Part shown: in pieces, positions 26,589 to 37,679 of the stretch
How positions within the stretch are numbered: the first letter of the stretch is position 1
Layout: every line of letters starts with the position of its first letter
Assembly (NCBI GenBank): GCA_020348925.1
Contig: CP070758.1
Span: 2,020,030-2,084,029 of the forward strand
Reading direction: 5' to 3'
DNA: 64,000 nucleotides
Source: Gemmatimonadota bacterium
GTDB lineage: Bacteria; JBHIER01; G020348925
Made by a program: the position numbers and the translations under genes
The notes under the pieces: model-generated
What the model was told of the DNA's origin: nothing
Database searches by the model: none
Seen by the model: only the letters and a program-made list of their open reading frames with translations

Positions 26589-29024
26589 CTATTGGGCAAC
26601 GATACTCAATAATTTTTTCTGAACGTAGACAGTCTTTTTGACTTTTTTGCCTTCGGTGTATTTTTGTACTCTTTCATTGTCGAAGGCAATCTTTTTCAGA
26701 GCATCCTCTGAAATATCTGCCTCCACATCTAAATGCGCCCGTACTTTTCCATTTATCTGGACAACGACTGTGATGTGATCGGTCTTAATCGCTTCATTAT
26801 CGTAAGTGGGCCAGGGATGTCGAAAAACACCTTCGTCATGGCCTAACTTCTCCCAGAGCTCCTCCCCTGCGTGCGGAGCGAACGGAGCTAACAGGAGCGC
26901 CAGAATATCCAAAGAACGGTTCCAGTCACGGTACTCTATTTTTTCCTCTTCCAGATAGAGATAATTCACGTACTCCATGAGAGCTGCAATGGCTGTATTA
27001 AAATGCAGTCGATCAACATCACCAGTCACTCTTTTAATTGTCTTGTGGATCCATCGATCCAATTCTCTTGGATGGACGGTTTTCTTTGCACTCGGACTTT
27101 TTTCGTAGAGCCGCCAAATACGGTTGAGAAATCGAAAGATACCACCAATACCCTGGTCGTTCCAGTCCCCTCCGTCCTCGTAGGAACCCATGAACATAAG
27201 GTACATTCTGAAGGTGTCGGCACCGAAGCTTTCGATGAACTCTTCAGGATTGACAACATTGCCTCTCGATTTGGACATACGTGCTCCGTCCTTCGTAATC
27301 TGACCCTGATGAGTGAGTTTCATAAAGGGTTCATCAAAATGAACAAATCCCAGATCAAACAGGGCCTTCGTAACAAAACGAGCATAGAGGAGATGCATGA
27401 CGGCATGCTCAGCCCCTCCCATATAGTGATCCACAGGAAGCCATTGTTTCACCAGCTCAGGGGAGAAAGGACCATCCTCGCAATGTGGATCCGGATACCT
27501 CAGGAAATACCAGGAAGAGCAGACAAAGGTATCCATAGTATCCACTTCCCTCTCCCCTGCTCCTCCACATTTTGGGCACTTCGTGTTTAGGAAATGAGAA
27601 GCAGAGGCTAAAGGTGAGAGATCTGAACCGGTCGGCTTGAAATCAACATCTTGTGGTAATAGAACAGGTAAATCCTCTTCCGGGACTGGAAGTTCTCCGC
27701 ATTCCTTACAGTAAATTATTGGTATGGGTGCTCCCCAGTAGCGCTGCCTGGATACAAGCCAATCCCTCAATTTATATTGAACGGTCTTTTTCCCCTGTCC
27801 TTTCTTATTGAGATCTTCGACAAGCCTGGCGATACATTCCTCATTGGTGAGACCGTTGTATGGACCGGAGTTCACCATGATTCCGGGCTCGATATATGCG
27901 CCCCTCATATCATCGAGAGGCGAAGGGCCGTCGTTGGGTCTCACCACTTCTCGGATGGGCAGCCCGAATTTCTGGGCGAATTCGAAATCCCGCTCATCGT
28001 GGGCAGGACAGGCAAAGACGATTCCTGTTCCGTAACTGGCTAAGACATAGTCGGCAATCCAGAGCGGGACGCGCTCACCATTGATCGGATTGATCACATT
28101 GCGACCGATAAAAACCCCTGTTTTTTCGCGATCAGCGGATATCCGCTCTATCTCCGAGATACGTCTTGATCTCTCGCAGTAAGCATCCACGTCACTTTTC
28201 TGTCCAGACGTCGTCAGCTCCGACACAAGAGGATGCTCAGGTGCCATGACGACATACGTCATCCCATAGAGTGTATCCGGTCTGGTGGTAAAGACTTCGA
28301 TCGTTCGTGCATCATCCTCTATGTGAAAAGAGAGCAGGGCCCCCTCACTCCGCCCAATCCAGTTGCGCTGCATTGCCAGCGTCTTCTCAGGCCAGTCGAT
28401 CTTAGCGTGATCTTTGAGCAGTCGTTCCGCGTAAGCCGTGATCCGAAAGAACCACTGGGTGAGATCCCTTTTGGTCACCTCGCTGTCACATCGTTCACAC
28501 AAACCCTGAACAACTTGCTCGTTGGCCAAGACGGTCCGGCATTGCGGGCACCAGTTCACCGGTGCCCGCTTCCGATAGGCCAATCCATGCTTATATAACT
28601 GCAGAAAGAGCCATTGCGTCCATTTATAGTATTCTGGATCGCTCGTATTGATCTCTTTATCCCAGTCGTACATGGCCCCGATGGCCTTGATCTGTTGGCG
28701 AATATAATCGATGTTTTCCGCCGTGCTCACCGCAGGGTGAACACCGTGCTTTATGGCGTAATTTTCGGCAGGGAGGCCGAAGGCATCAAAACCCATGGGC
28801 TCAAACACATTGTACCCCTGCATCTTCTTGAATCGGGTCCAGGTATCGGCAGGCCCATAGTTGTACCAGTGCCCGATATGCAACTTCTCACCTGACGGAT
28901 AGCTGAACATAACCAGAGAGTAGAGCTTTCGGCTGGTGTCGGACATATCCGTTCTGTGGGCTCCGATCTTCTCCCAGATCCGTTGCCACTTCGACTCGAT
29001 CTCAGCAAAGGGGTAATCGGCCAT
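26589..29024 (-). CDS. leuS: Leucine--tRNA ligase
   Basis: MFSYPSGEKLHIGH, FTTRPDTLYG editing domain, RDWLVSRQRYWG, RMSKS (KMSKS variant). Confidence 0.97.
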   Translation of the reverse strand: MADYPFAEIESKWQRIWEKIGAHRTDMSDTSRKLYSLVMFSYPSGEKLHIGHWYNYGPADTWTRFKKMQGYNVFEPMGFDAFGLPAENYAIKHGVHPAVSTAENIDYIRQQIKAIGAMYDWDKEINTSDPEYYKWTQWLFLQLYKHGLAYRKRAPVNWCPQCRTVLANEQVVQGLCERCDSEVTKRDLTQWFFRITAYAERLLKDHAKIDWPEKTLAMQRNWIGRSEGALLSFHIEDDARTIEVFTTRPDTLYGMTYVVMAPEHPLVSELTTSGQKSDVDAYCERSRRISEIERISADREKTGVFIGRNVINPINGERVPLWIADYVLASYGTGIVFACPAHDERDFEFAQKFGLPIREVVRPNDGPSPLDDMRGAYIEPGIMVNSGPYNGLTNEECIARLVEDLNKKGQGKKTVQYKLRDWLVSRQRYWGAPIPIIYCKECGELPVPEEDLPVLLPQDVDFKPTGSDLSPLASASHFLNTKCPKCGGAGEREVDTMDTFVCSSWYFLRYPDPHCEDGPFSPELVKQWLPVDHYMGGAEHAVMHLLYARFVTKALFDLGFVHFDEPFMKLTHQGQITKDGARMSKSRGNVVNPEEFIESFGADTFRMYLMFMGSYEDGGDWNDQGIGGIFRFLNRIWRLYEKSPSAKKTVHPRELDRWIHKTIKRVTGDVDRLHFNTAIAALMEYVNYLYLEEEKIEYRDWNRSLDILALLLAPFAPHAGEELWEKLGHDEGVFRHPWPTYDNEAIKTDHITVVVQINGKVRAHLDVEADISEDALKKIAFDNERVQKYTEGKKVKKTVYVQKKLLSIVAQ

Positions 29025-29096
29025 GAGAACTCCTCATACTCAGTGCAATCAAGATGTTTTCAACGCCTTCTGAACATTGTGTTCTATGATTGAAAT

Positions 29097-30389
29097 TTAG
29101 GGATAGAGTCTGTGCATCAATCTCGGGAAAGGCACGGTTTCCCGAATATGCGGTATACCACAAATCCAAGCGACCGTTCGTTCCACACCGAGACCGAATC
29201 CCGAGTGAGGAACCGTTCCATATCGGCGCAGATCAAGATACCATTGAAAAGCTTCCACGGGCAGATGGTGTTGCTCTATTTTGTCCCCTAACACCTTCAG
29301 ATCGTCCTCGCGCTGTCCACCGCCCACGATCTCCCCGTAGCCTTCGGGAGCGAGCACATCCATGCCGAGCGCTAAGCGCCCGTCTTCAGGATCCGTCTTC
29401 ATGTAAAAAGCTTTGATTGCTTTCGGAAACCGATGAACAATCAGAGGTTTATCGAATTGTTGAGAGAGGACGGTCTCTTCATCGCCACCAAAATCATCAC
29501 CCCATTTCACATCCAGACCATCTTTCACTAGCTGCGCAACGGCCTCATCGTAACGAATTCTTGGAAATGGGGGGACAACCTTTTCCAACGGCGCGGTATC
29601 TCTTTCCATGGTTTTCAACTCTTTGTGACGACGTTCAAGGACCCGCTGCACAATATATACGATCATCTCTTCAGCCAATCTCATGTCGCCTTCGAGATCA
29701 AGATACGCCACCTCAGGCTCAATCATCCAAAACTCCGTCAGATGACGTCTTGTTTTTGATTTTTCTGCCCGAAAGGTCGGCCCGAAACAGTACACCTTGC
29801 CAAAAGCCATGGCCCCTGCTTCCATGTACAGTTGTCCGCTCTGGGTCAGATAAGCTTTCGTATCAAAATACTCCGTCTCGAAAAGAGTTGATGTCCCCTC
29901 GCACGCTGCCGGAGTGAAGATCGGGGCATCGACAAGGACAAAACCGCGCTCGTCGTAAAAATCGCGGCACGCTTTGACGACTTCGCTTCGAACTCGTATG
30001 ATGGCCTGCTGCTTGGACGAGCGGAGCCACAGGTGTCTGTGGTCCATCAAGAACGCCGTGCCGTGCTCTTTGGGCGTAATCGGATATTCATCCGCCTCGT
30101 GGATGATCTCATACTGCGTCACATCAAGTTCGTATCCGCCTGGTGCTCTTTCGTCGGCGCGCACTCTTCCGGAAAGAATGACGGAGGACTCCTGGGGAAG
30201 ACGATCACACTTCTGGTAGAGCTCCTGCCCTATCGCGTTCGGTGCAATTACGCCCTGAATAATTCCTGTCCCATCTCGAATGATGTGAAACTGGACTTTT
30301 CCACTCGATCGTTTATTGTACAGCCATCCCTTGATGGTCACCTCCTGTCCGTCGTAGTCGGCGATATCCTCAATGTAAACATGGTGCAT
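29097..30389 (-). CDS. asnS: Asparagine--tRNA ligase
   Basis: [13 protein letters not shown]-fold, [46 protein letters not shown]; start placed at MHHVY. Confidence 0.95.
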   Translation of the reverse strand: MHHVYIEDIADYDGQEVTIKGWLYNKRSSGKVQFHIIRDGTGIIQGVIAPNAIGQELYQKCDRLPQESSVILSGRVRADERAPGGYELDVTQYEIIHEADEYPITPKEHGTAFLMDHRHLWLRSSKQQAIIRVRSEVVKACRDFYDERGFVLVDAPIFTPAACEGTSTLFETEYFDTKAYLTQSGQLYMEAGAMAFGKVYCFGPTFRAEKSKTRRHLTEFWMIEPEVAYLDLEGDMRLAEEMIVYIVQRVLERRHKELKTMERDTAPLEKVVPPFPRIRYDEAVAQLVKDGLDVKWGDDFGGDEETVLSQQFDKPLIVHRFPKAIKAFYMKTDPEDGRLALGMDVLAPEGYGEIVGGGQREDDLKVLGDKIEQHHLPVEAFQWYLDLRRYGTVPHSGFGLGVERTVAWICGIPHIRETVPFPRLMHRLYP

Positions 30390-30425
30390 TTTTTTCCGTC
30401 CCCTGGTCACAACAGCGTGAAGATC

Positions 30426-31541
30426 TTAACCAAGAACCTCCTCAAGAGGATAATAGTCAAGCTGAAAGGCTTCAGACACACCTGGGTGTGTAATTTTACC
30501 GTCGATGATGTTCACTCCCGCTGCAATCTCCGGGTTCGTGCGGATCGCTTCTTCGTAGCCCTTTTCGACAATCTCCTGGGCATACGGAAACGTGGCGTTT
30601 GTCAAAGCCAAGGTGGATGTCCTGGGGACAGCACCCGGCATGTTGGCCACGCAGTAATGCAGTACGTCATCCACAATGTACGTCGGTTCCTCGTGCGTCG
30701 TCGGTTTGCACGTTTCGACACAACCTCCCTGATCGACCGCAACATCAGTAATAACAGAGCGGGGTTTCATGAGCTTGAGCATATCCCGGGTCACAAGACG
30801 GGGTGCCTTTGCTCCGGGGATAAGAACAGCTCCGACCAAGAGGTCGGCCTCAGAGATGGCATTCCGAATGTTGTAACTGTTGGACATGACGGTACTCACA
30901 TTGCCCGGCATGATATCGTCCAAGTATCTGAGTCTCTCAAGGTCAATATCCAAAATGGCCACGTTGGCTCCGAGCCCAGCAGCCATCTTTGCCGCATTCG
31001 TCCCGACGACCCCACCACCGAGGATGACGACTCTGGCCGGTTCCACTCCGGGGACACCGCCCAACAAAATTCCCCGCCCGCCCATTCGTTTTTCAAGGTA
31101 CTTCGCTCCCTGCTGGATTGCCATGCGTCCCGCCACCTCGCTCATAGGTATAAGGAGAGGCAGTTTTTCGTCGGCAGTTTGGACCGTCTCGTAGGCTATG
31201 GCTACGATCTTCGCGTCCATCATAGCCCGAGTCAGCTCTTCGCTGGCGGCAAAATGGAAGTAGGTGAAGACGACCTGTCCCTCCCGGAGAAGCGTGTATT
31301 CCGGAGCCAGGGGCTCCTTGACCTTCATAATCATGTCGGATTTCTCGAAAATCTCGTCAGGCGTACCGACGAGAGTTGCCCCGGCCTTCGTATACTCCTC
31401 GTCCTCAATGCCACTTCCGACACCACCGTTCTTTTCAACAAGAACCGAATGCCCCATCTTGACAAACGTCTCAACACCAACCGGCAGTAATGCAATGCGA
31501 TCTTCATTGCTTTTAATCTCTTTCGGTACTCCGATAATCAT
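30426..31541 (-). CDS. ald: Alanine dehydrogenase
   Basis: MIIGVPKEIK, MKVKEP, PMSEVAGR, GGGVVG, DVAVDQGGC, HYCVANMPGAVPRTST. Confidence 0.96.
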   Translation of the reverse strand: MIIGVPKEIKSNEDRIALLPVGVETFVKMGHSVLVEKNGGVGSGIEDEEYTKAGATLVGTPDEIFEKSDMIMKVKEPLAPEYTLLREGQVVFTYFHFAASEELTRAMMDAKIVAIAYETVQTADEKLPLLIPMSEVAGRMAIQQGAKYLEKRMGGRGILLGGVPGVEPARVVILGGGVVGTNAAKMAAGLGANVAILDIDLERLRYLDDIMPGNVSTVMSNSYNIRNAISEADLLVGAVLIPGAKAPRLVTRDMLKLMKPRSVITDVAVDQGGCVETCKPTTHEEPTYIVDDVLHYCVANMPGAVPRTSTLALTNATFPYAQEIVEKGYEEAIRTNPEIAAGVNIIDGKITHPGVSEAFQLDYYPLEEVLG

Positions 31542-31564
31542 AGTCGTTCCTTTCACCAAAGTAA

Positions 31565-32857
31565 TTAATTGACGAAAAGATCCTCATTTTTGAGAAGGTC
31601 TTCTTTGACCGGACCTAAAACAGTCACGATGAACTTCTCGGGATCAAAAAGATCCGTAGCAACGGTCTGAATATCTTCGGCAGTGACCCGGTCTATGTGG
31701 GCTATTGTTTCATCCAAGCTGGAATACGTGTCCAAATAGATCTCCTGCTCTGAGAGACGCATCATGCGGTTACTTGTACTCTCCAAACTTAACATTAAAT
31801 TGCCTTTGAGTTGCGATTTGGTGCGTGTAAGTTCATCTTCAGACACAGGGGTCGTGACAAGAGATTGAAATTCCTGAAGAATCAGTGCCAGTACCCTTTG
31901 AATATGGGAGGAGTCTGTACCTGCGTAGACACCGAAGATCCCCGTGTCGACGAAGAAATCCTGAATGGTGAAAATCGAATAGGCGAGTCCTTCTTTTTCC
32001 CGGATATTCTGGAAGAGCCTTGAACTCATACCTCTTCCCAACAACGTACTCAGAACAAACAGTGGAATCCGCTGAGGGCGGGCGTAAGGAAAACTTCTCG
32101 TTCCGACACACACATGTGTCTGGGCACTATCTCTTTGGTGAATATCGATCCGCGTCGATATTTCGGAAAACACCGAGGTGTCGTCCTGCACAAAAAAATT
32201 TCCAACGCAAAAATGTTGTTGAATAAAATCCACCAATGTATTATGCTCGACATTTCCGGCCGCAACGACGACGGTCCTATTATTCGCATAATGATCTTCA
32301 ACGAAGCAGCGGAGTTCATGCGCTGAAAACCTCCGAATATTTTCCGGAGAACCGAGAATTGGCCACGCGAGTGGATGTGGTTCATAGAGTGATCGAAAAA
32401 ACAGATCATGTATGAGGTCGTCAGGGGTATCGTCACGATTTTTGATTTCCTCTAAAATGACCTGTCTCTCTTTTTCAATGTCCTCTTCTTTGAAGAGTGA
32501 ATTTATGAGAATGTCAGCCAAAACTTCCAGAGCGAGAGGAACATGTTCGTCCAACACTCTGGCATAGTAACATGTCAATTCCTTGCTTGTAAAGGCATTG
32601 AGGTGTCCCCCGACCGCTTCCAAGCTCTGAGCAATCTCTTCCGTCGTCCGGTTGGTTGTACCCTTGAATACCATGTGCTCGACAAAATGGGAAATTCCGT
32701 TTTTTTCCACCACTTCATTGCGTGAGCCGTTCTGAATCCATACACCGATCGAGACCGATCTCACATGGGGAATATACTCTGAGACGATTCGTACCCCGTT
32801 TTCAAGTACTGATTTCTGATATATCGATTCCGAGGTCATCGTCGCCGTTCCACTCAT
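31565..32857 (-). CDS. M16 (pitrilysin/MPP-like) zinc peptidase
   Basis: Inverted zinc motif HFVEH, NAFTSKE, SSRLFQNIREKEGLAYS; position after pnp is a common arrangement. Confidence 0.93.
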   Translation of the reverse strand: MSGTATMTSESIYQKSVLENGVRIVSEYIPHVRSVSIGVWIQNGSRNEVVEKNGISHFVEHMVFKGTTNRTTEEIAQSLEAVGGHLNAFTSKELTCYYARVLDEHVPLALEVLADILINSLFKEEDIEKERQVILEEIKNRDDTPDDLIHDLFFRSLYEPHPLAWPILGSPENIRRFSAHELRCFVEDHYANNRTVVVAAGNVEHNTLVDFIQQHFCVGNFFVQDDTSVFSEISTRIDIHQRDSAQTHVCVGTRSFPYARPQRIPLFVLSTLLGRGMSSRLFQNIREKEGLAYSIFTIQDFFVDTGIFGVYAGTDSSHIQRVLALILQEFQSLVTTPVSEDELTRTKSQLKGNLMLSLESTSNRMMRLSEQEIYLDTYSSLDETIAHIDRVTAEDIQTVATDLFDPEKFIVTVLGPVKEDLLKNEDLFVN

Positions 32858-35076
32858 CGATCATCCTCAGAAGAGTATCTTCTTTGAGGAGGTTCGGTTT
32901 TTCTATCTGGAGTGTACCCGCGAGGTGAGCTCCCTCGAGGTGCACCCCCTCGGGCTGAACCTCCTCGGTGTGCACTCCCTCGTGGTGCGCCTCCTCGGGG
33001 CGATCCCAGAGCAGCCTTTCTGCTTAATTTCACTTTTCCCAAGGGATCGATACTGATCACCTTCACCAGAATTTCATCTCCGAGGGAAACAACGTCTTCC
33101 ACGCGGTTCACCCTGTGGCGCTCCAAATCGGATATATGGACCAATCCTTCTTTGGCGGGCATGAACTCAACAAAAGCGCCGAAGTTCGTAATCTTTTTCA
33201 CGACGCCTGTGTACGTTCTGCCGATCTCGGGTTCCTCCACCACAGCGTTGATGAGGTTCACCGCTTTTTGTCCCATTTCAAGATCATTGGCAGCGACAGT
33301 AATTGTACCATCATCCTCAATATCAATTTTCGCGTCCGTCTGTTCCTGAATACTTCTGATCATCTTCCCCCCCGGTCCGATCACATCCCCGATTTTTTCC
33401 ACGGGAATTTTCAGGATCGAAATTCTCGGAGCATAGATGGAGAGATCGGGTCGCGGTTTGGAGATGGTCTGCGTCATGATATCCAGAATATGGAGCCTCC
33501 CGACATGTGCTTTCTCCAGAGCCACTTCAAGCAACTCGTATGAGATTCCGCTCATTTTGATATCCATTTGAAAGGCGGTGATCCCCCTCCGGGTTCCGGT
33601 CACTTTGAAATCCATGTCGCCAAGATGATCTTCAACACCGAGAATATCGGTCAGAATCTCGACACGATCTTTCTCTTTGACCATGCCCATGGCAATACCG
33701 GCTACCATTTCTTTGATGGGAACGCCGGCATCCATGAGTGCCAGTGTCCCAGCGCAGACGGTGGCCATGGATGAGGATCCGTTCGATTCGAGCACATCGG
33801 AGACAATGCGGATGGTGTAGGGAAAATCCTCATCCGACGGGATCATCGGCTCGATGGCCCGCTCAGCCAAAGCGCCGTGTCCGATTTCCCTTCGCCCAGG
33901 ACCGCGGATAGGTCGGACTTCTCCGACACTAAAAGGTGGAAAATTGTAATGGAGCATATAGCTCTTCCAAGATTCTCCTATTAAATCGTCAATGCGCTGT
34001 TCATCCATCTTCGTCCCGAGAGTAGCGACCGCTAGGCTCTGTGTCTGCCCTCTGGTGAACAACGCGGAACCGTGCGTGCGGGGGAGCACGCCGACCTCGC
34101 AAGAGACCGGCCGGACTTCATCCAAACTCCGACCATCAATGCGCTGTCCCCCCTCAAGAATCATACGACGCATATCCTCCTTTTCGATCTCAAAAACCAG
34201 TGAGGTCATGACTTTTTCGCATTCGGGAAATCGTTCGGTCAACTCCGCGATAACGTACTCCACCGTATCGTCAATTGCTTTCTGCCTCTGCTCTTTATCC
34301 GGAAGCATATTGGCACGACGAATTCTGTCAAGACACATATTTTTTACTGTTTGGGTGAGTTCCTCATTCACTTCAGGAGACGTCACTTCCCGTTTCGGCT
34401 TGCCGCAGACAGCTATCAGCTCCCGTTCGAGTTCGATAATGTTCTGAATCGATTCATGGCCAAAACGAATGGCTTCCAAAAGTTCATGCTCGGGAATTTC
34501 CTTGGCCTTGCCCTCAACCATAAGGATGGAATCAGCGCTGCCTGTGACCACAATGTCTAAGTCGCTCTCCTCCAACTGTGAAAACGTGGGATTGAGCACA
34601 TACTTTCCAGAAATGTACCCCACACGAACGGCCCCAAGCGGCGTCGAAAAGGGGATATCCGAAATGCATAGGGCGGACGCTGCTCCGATGAGGCCCAGCA
34701 CATCTGCATCGTTCTCTTGATCCGACGATAGGACCGTGATCATCACTTGAACTTCGTGCATAAACTCGGGGGGGAACAGAGGTCTTATGGGACGATCAAC
34801 GAGTCGAGCACTCAAGATCTCCTTCTCCCCCGGTCGCCCCTCCCTCTTGAAAAAACCTCCGGGTATTTTTCCGGCCGCATAGGCTTTTTCTCGGTATTCA
34901 ACCTGCAGCGGAAAGAAGCCGCGATCTTCGATTGCTTCCTTCGCTCCCACCACAGTAGCCAGAATAGCCGTGTCGGCATATCGAACGAACACAGCGCCAT
35001 CAGCCTGTTTTGCCATTCTCCCCGTTTCGATACTGAGGGTTCTCCCCCCCAACTCCATCTCCATACTATGGATCAT
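32854..35076 (-). CDS. pnp: Polyribonucleotide nucleotidyltransferase (PNPase) with an Arg/Gly-rich tail
   Basis: AGKIPGGFFKREGRP, RTHGSALFTRGQTQ, RREIGHG, SNGSSSMA, KH (VIGPGGK) and S1 domains. Confidence 0.98.
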   Translation of the reverse strand: MIHSMEMELGGRTLSIETGRMAKQADGAVFVRYADTAILATVVGAKEAIEDRGFFPLQVEYREKAYAAGKIPGGFFKREGRPGEKEILSARLVDRPIRPLFPPEFMHEVQVMITVLSSDQENDADVLGLIGAASALCISDIPFSTPLGAVRVGYISGKYVLNPTFSQLEESDLDIVVTGSADSILMVEGKAKEIPEHELLEAIRFGHESIQNIIELERELIAVCGKPKREVTSPEVNEELTQTVKNMCLDRIRRANMLPDKEQRQKAIDDTVEYVIAELTERFPECEKVMTSLVFEIEKEDMRRMILEGGQRIDGRSLDEVRPVSCEVGVLPRTHGSALFTRGQTQSLAVATLGTKMDEQRIDDLIGESWKSYMLHYNFPPFSVGEVRPIRGPGRREIGHGALAERAIEPMIPSDEDFPYTIRIVSDVLESNGSSSMATVCAGTLALMDAGVPIKEMVAGIAMGMVKEKDRVEILTDILGVEDHLGDMDFKVTGTRRGITAFQMDIKMSGISYELLEVALEKAHVGRLHILDIMTQTISKPRPDLSIYAPRISILKIPVEKIGDVIGPGGKMIRSIQEQTDAKIDIEDDGTITVAANDLEMGQKAVNLINAVVEEPEIGRTYTGVVKKITNFGAFVEFMPAKEGLVHISDLERHRVNRVEDVVSLGDEILVKVISIDPLGKVKLSRKAALGSPRGGAPRGSAHRGGSARGGAPRGSSPRGYTPDRKTEPPQRRYSSEDDR

Positions 35077-35118
35077 TCAACAACCTCCACATTCATCGCG
35101 GTCAGTAGAACACATATT

Positions 35119-35388
35119 CTATTTTCTAAGATTTAAGTCCCCTATGATCTTCTTATATCTCTCCGGATCTTTCCTGTTCAAATAGTTCAATAATCGTCGG
35201 CGTTGACCGACGAGTTTCATGAGACCTCTGCGGGAATGATGATCTTTGGAATGGGTTCGAAAATGCTCCGTCAAATCACCGATCCGTTTCGTCAGAAGTG
35301 CAATCTGCACCTCCGCAGAACCGCAGTCTTTTTCATGAGTTTGAAATTTTTCAACCAGTGACCGTTTTTCTTCCGCCGTTAAAGTCAC
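35119..35388 (-). CDS. rpsO: 30S ribosomal protein S15
   Basis: [11 protein letters not shown]...[23 protein letters not shown]. Confidence 0.98.
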   Translation of the reverse strand: MTLTAEEKRSLVEKFQTHEKDCGSAEVQIALLTKRIGDLTEHFRTHSKDHHSRRGLMKLVGQRRRLLNYLNRKDPERYKKIIGDLNLRK

Positions 35389-35400
35389 AAGAACCTCCTT

Positions 35401-36351
35401 TCAAACAACGTGTGTTAATGTATAGGCGTTCGAGAGCATGTGCAATGCTTTTGATTTATCACGTTCAATTTGATCGACCAAATCCTCTTCACTTTCAAAG
35501 CGACGTTCTTCCCTGATTCGGTACATGACGTCAATCGTTATGACTTCATCATAGATGTCTTCTTGAAAATCGAACAGATGTACTTCGATCGTCCGGTCGG
35601 ACTCGGGAAACGTCGGACGCCGACCGATGTTCATCAATCCCCCATATATCCGCTCATGTTGATGCGCTCGAATGGCATAAACCCCCTCAGCAGGATACAG
35701 TTTGTGCGCGGCGATCGTTTGAATGTTTGCGGTGGGAAACGTCAATGTGCGTCCGCGCGCGTCTCCATGGATGACACGCCCTGAAAAGAAAAAGGGCCGA
35801 CCCAATAATTTTGAAGCCTGTTCGACATCGCCTCTCAGAAGACACTCTCGTATCCAACTGCTGCTCACCCGGCGACCGTCCACTGCTACCGGGGAAACCG
35901 GGTGAACGGAGAAACCATACTGTCGACCCAGTTTCTCAAGTTCGGATAGAGTCCCCGCCCGGTTTTTACCGAAAGCGTGATTGCGACCAATGATGATCTC
36001 CTTCAAGCCTATTTTTTCAACGAGGAAGGAGGTGACGAAATCACCCGCGCTCATTTGAGAAAAGGCGTCGGTAAACGGCAGGATGAGTACGATATCAAGT
36101 TTGGTTTGCTCAAGAAATCGCACCTTTTCATCTTTTGTCATGAGAAGGTACGGAGCGCTTTCCGGAGCAACAACGGTTTGAGGATGAGGTTCGAAAGAGA
36201 TCAAGATGGATGTTCCGTTCAATGACGCAGCTCGTTCGATCACCCTGTCAATAATAACGTGATGACCAACATGGAGACCGTCAAAGGTTCCAACCGTGAC
36301 GACAGGATACGTATAGGAATCTAAGGCAACAAGCTGTTCGATAACTTTCAT
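35401..36351 (-). CDS. ribF: Bifunctional riboflavin kinase / FAD synthetase
   Basis: GTFDGLHVGH, SSSWIR, GRTLTFPTAN, NIGRRPTF, EVHLFDF. Confidence 0.96.
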   Translation of the reverse strand: MKVIEQLVALDSYTYPVVTVGTFDGLHVGHHVIIDRVIERAASLNGTSILISFEPHPQTVVAPESAPYLLMTKDEKVRFLEQTKLDIVLILPFTDAFSQMSAGDFVTSFLVEKIGLKEIIIGRNHAFGKNRAGTLSELEKLGRQYGFSVHPVSPVAVDGRRVSSSWIRECLLRGDVEQASKLLGRPFFFSGRVIHGDARGRTLTFPTANIQTIAAHKLYPAEGVYAIRAHQHERIYGGLMNIGRRPTFPESDRTIEVHLFDFQEDIYDEVITIDVMYRIREERRFESEEDLVDQIERDKSKALHMLSNAYTLTHVV

Positions 36352-36355
36352 CGTC

Positions 36356-37264
36356 TCAAACGAGCACCCGGATTGGCTTTAGATAGAACTCCTCTTGGGA
36401 TGTCGGACCCTCAAGAGTGCCCAGTCCCAATAACGTGTCATCGGAGCCTACAATGCGAATTGTCCTCTGCTCGTCAGTCCATGTCTGTGTCTCAAAACCA
36501 ATCTGCCGAACGACAGGGGCTCCGTTCGCAATGCGGTATCCCTCCGCAGCTCCTACTCTAATTTTCGGAAGCGAACTGAGAGCATCATTGATGGAAACGA
36601 TATGCTTCTGGAGAACACCCGTCTTCATGAAACGCTCAATTTCCTCTAATGTGCAGGCGTCCTCAAGGCCGAATTGTCCCACCCGTGTCCTTTGGAGCGC
36701 AGTGATATGAGCACCACAGCCCAATGTTTCGCCGATATCGGCAGCCAACGAACGGATATAGGTTCCTGGGGAGCATTGTACCAGGATCTTCAGATCATCG
36801 TTGTGAACCTCTATGAGGTCGAGATTGAAAATGTGGATCCTTCGTGACGGACGGCTGACGGTCTCTCCGTTTCTGGCCCGTTGATATAATCGCTTCCCGG
36901 CATGTTTGATTGCAGAGAACATGGGAGGTGTTTGTTCAATCTCCCCTTGAAAGGATGACAAAACATCCTTTATATCTTGAAGTGTCGCATGAGTGCTCCT
37001 TTTCTCCAGGACCGTCCCCTCAGCGTCAAGGGTGTCTGTTGTGACTCCCAATTTGAGCGTCGCGATATATTCCTTCTTTTTCCGCGTTATGTACTGGGCG
37101 ATCTTTGTCGCTTTACCCATACACACCGGGAGCACCCCTGTGGCCATCGGATCAAGAGTCCCCGTATGTCCCACCTTTGATTCGCCGATCAAATGACGAA
37201 TCTTCAAGACAACATCATGAGATGTCAAACCACGTGGTTTATCTATAATTAAAATGCCATCCAT
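36356..37264 (-). CDS. truB: tRNA pseudouridine(55) synthase
   Basis: MDGILIIDKPRGLTSHDVV, GHTGTLDPMATGVL, PPMFSAIK, GTYIRSLA; start set at 37264 because the longer ORF overlaps rbfA. Confidence 0.96.
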   Translation of the reverse strand: MDGILIIDKPRGLTSHDVVLKIRHLIGESKVGHTGTLDPMATGVLPVCMGKATKIAQYITRKKKEYIATLKLGVTTDTLDAEGTVLEKRSTHATLQDIKDVLSSFQGEIEQTPPMFSAIKHAGKRLYQRARNGETVSRPSRRIHIFNLDLIEVHNDDLKILVQCSPGTYIRSLAADIGETLGCGAHITALQRTRVGQFGLEDACTLEEIERFMKTGVLQKHIVSINDALSSLPKIRVGAAEGYRIANGAPVVRQIGFETQTWTDEQRTIRIVGSDDTLLGLGTLEGPTSQEEFYLKPIRVLV

Positions 37265-37268
37265 ACGC

Positions 37269-37637
37269 TCACGCACCTCCATGTGAGTCGCACGAGTTCT
37301 CGCTCTTGAGATTTCTGAGCAACTCTTCGATATGTGCTCCGTACGAAACGGATTCGTCCAACCGGAAGGAAAGTTCAGGGACGTACCGGAGTCTGACCCT
37401 TTTCCCGATACAGTTTCGGATAAAACCGGTGGCACTTTGCAAGCCATCAAAAGTTTGTTGGATCTCGTCGTGTGATCCCAAAACGCTCACGAAGATTCTC
37501 GCATTCCTCAGATCATCGGATACGGAAACACCCGTCACGGTTACAAATCCCAAGCGAGGATCTTTCAACTCTTGAAGAATAATACTGCTGATCTCCTTTT
37601 GAAGAAGATCACCCACGCGTGTGGCTCGTTTTGACAT
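37269..37637 (-). CDS. rbfA: Ribosome-binding factor A
   Basis: RATRVGDLLQKEIS...KDPRLGFVTVT...SDDLRNARIFVS...LRYVPELSFRLDES. Confidence 0.96.
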   Translation of the reverse strand: MSKRATRVGDLLQKEISSIILQELKDPRLGFVTVTGVSVSDDLRNARIFVSVLGSHDEIQQTFDGLQSATGFIRNCIGKRVRLRYVPELSFRLDESVSYGAHIEELLRNLKSENSCDSHGGA

Positions 37638-37679
37638 TCTTACAGTGCATCCCAACAGACCGAGAGCGTTCCACTCTCT

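Noticed and set aside
30033-31490. 485-aa plus-strand ORF (also 39137-40321, 6651-7652, 19295-20119, 51334-52395)
   Set aside because: Antisense to well-supported genes, with no recognisable motifs
37265-37450. N-terminal extension of TruB in the ORF track
   Set aside because: It overlaps rbfA in another frame; the canonical TruB start MDGILIIDKP is at 37264
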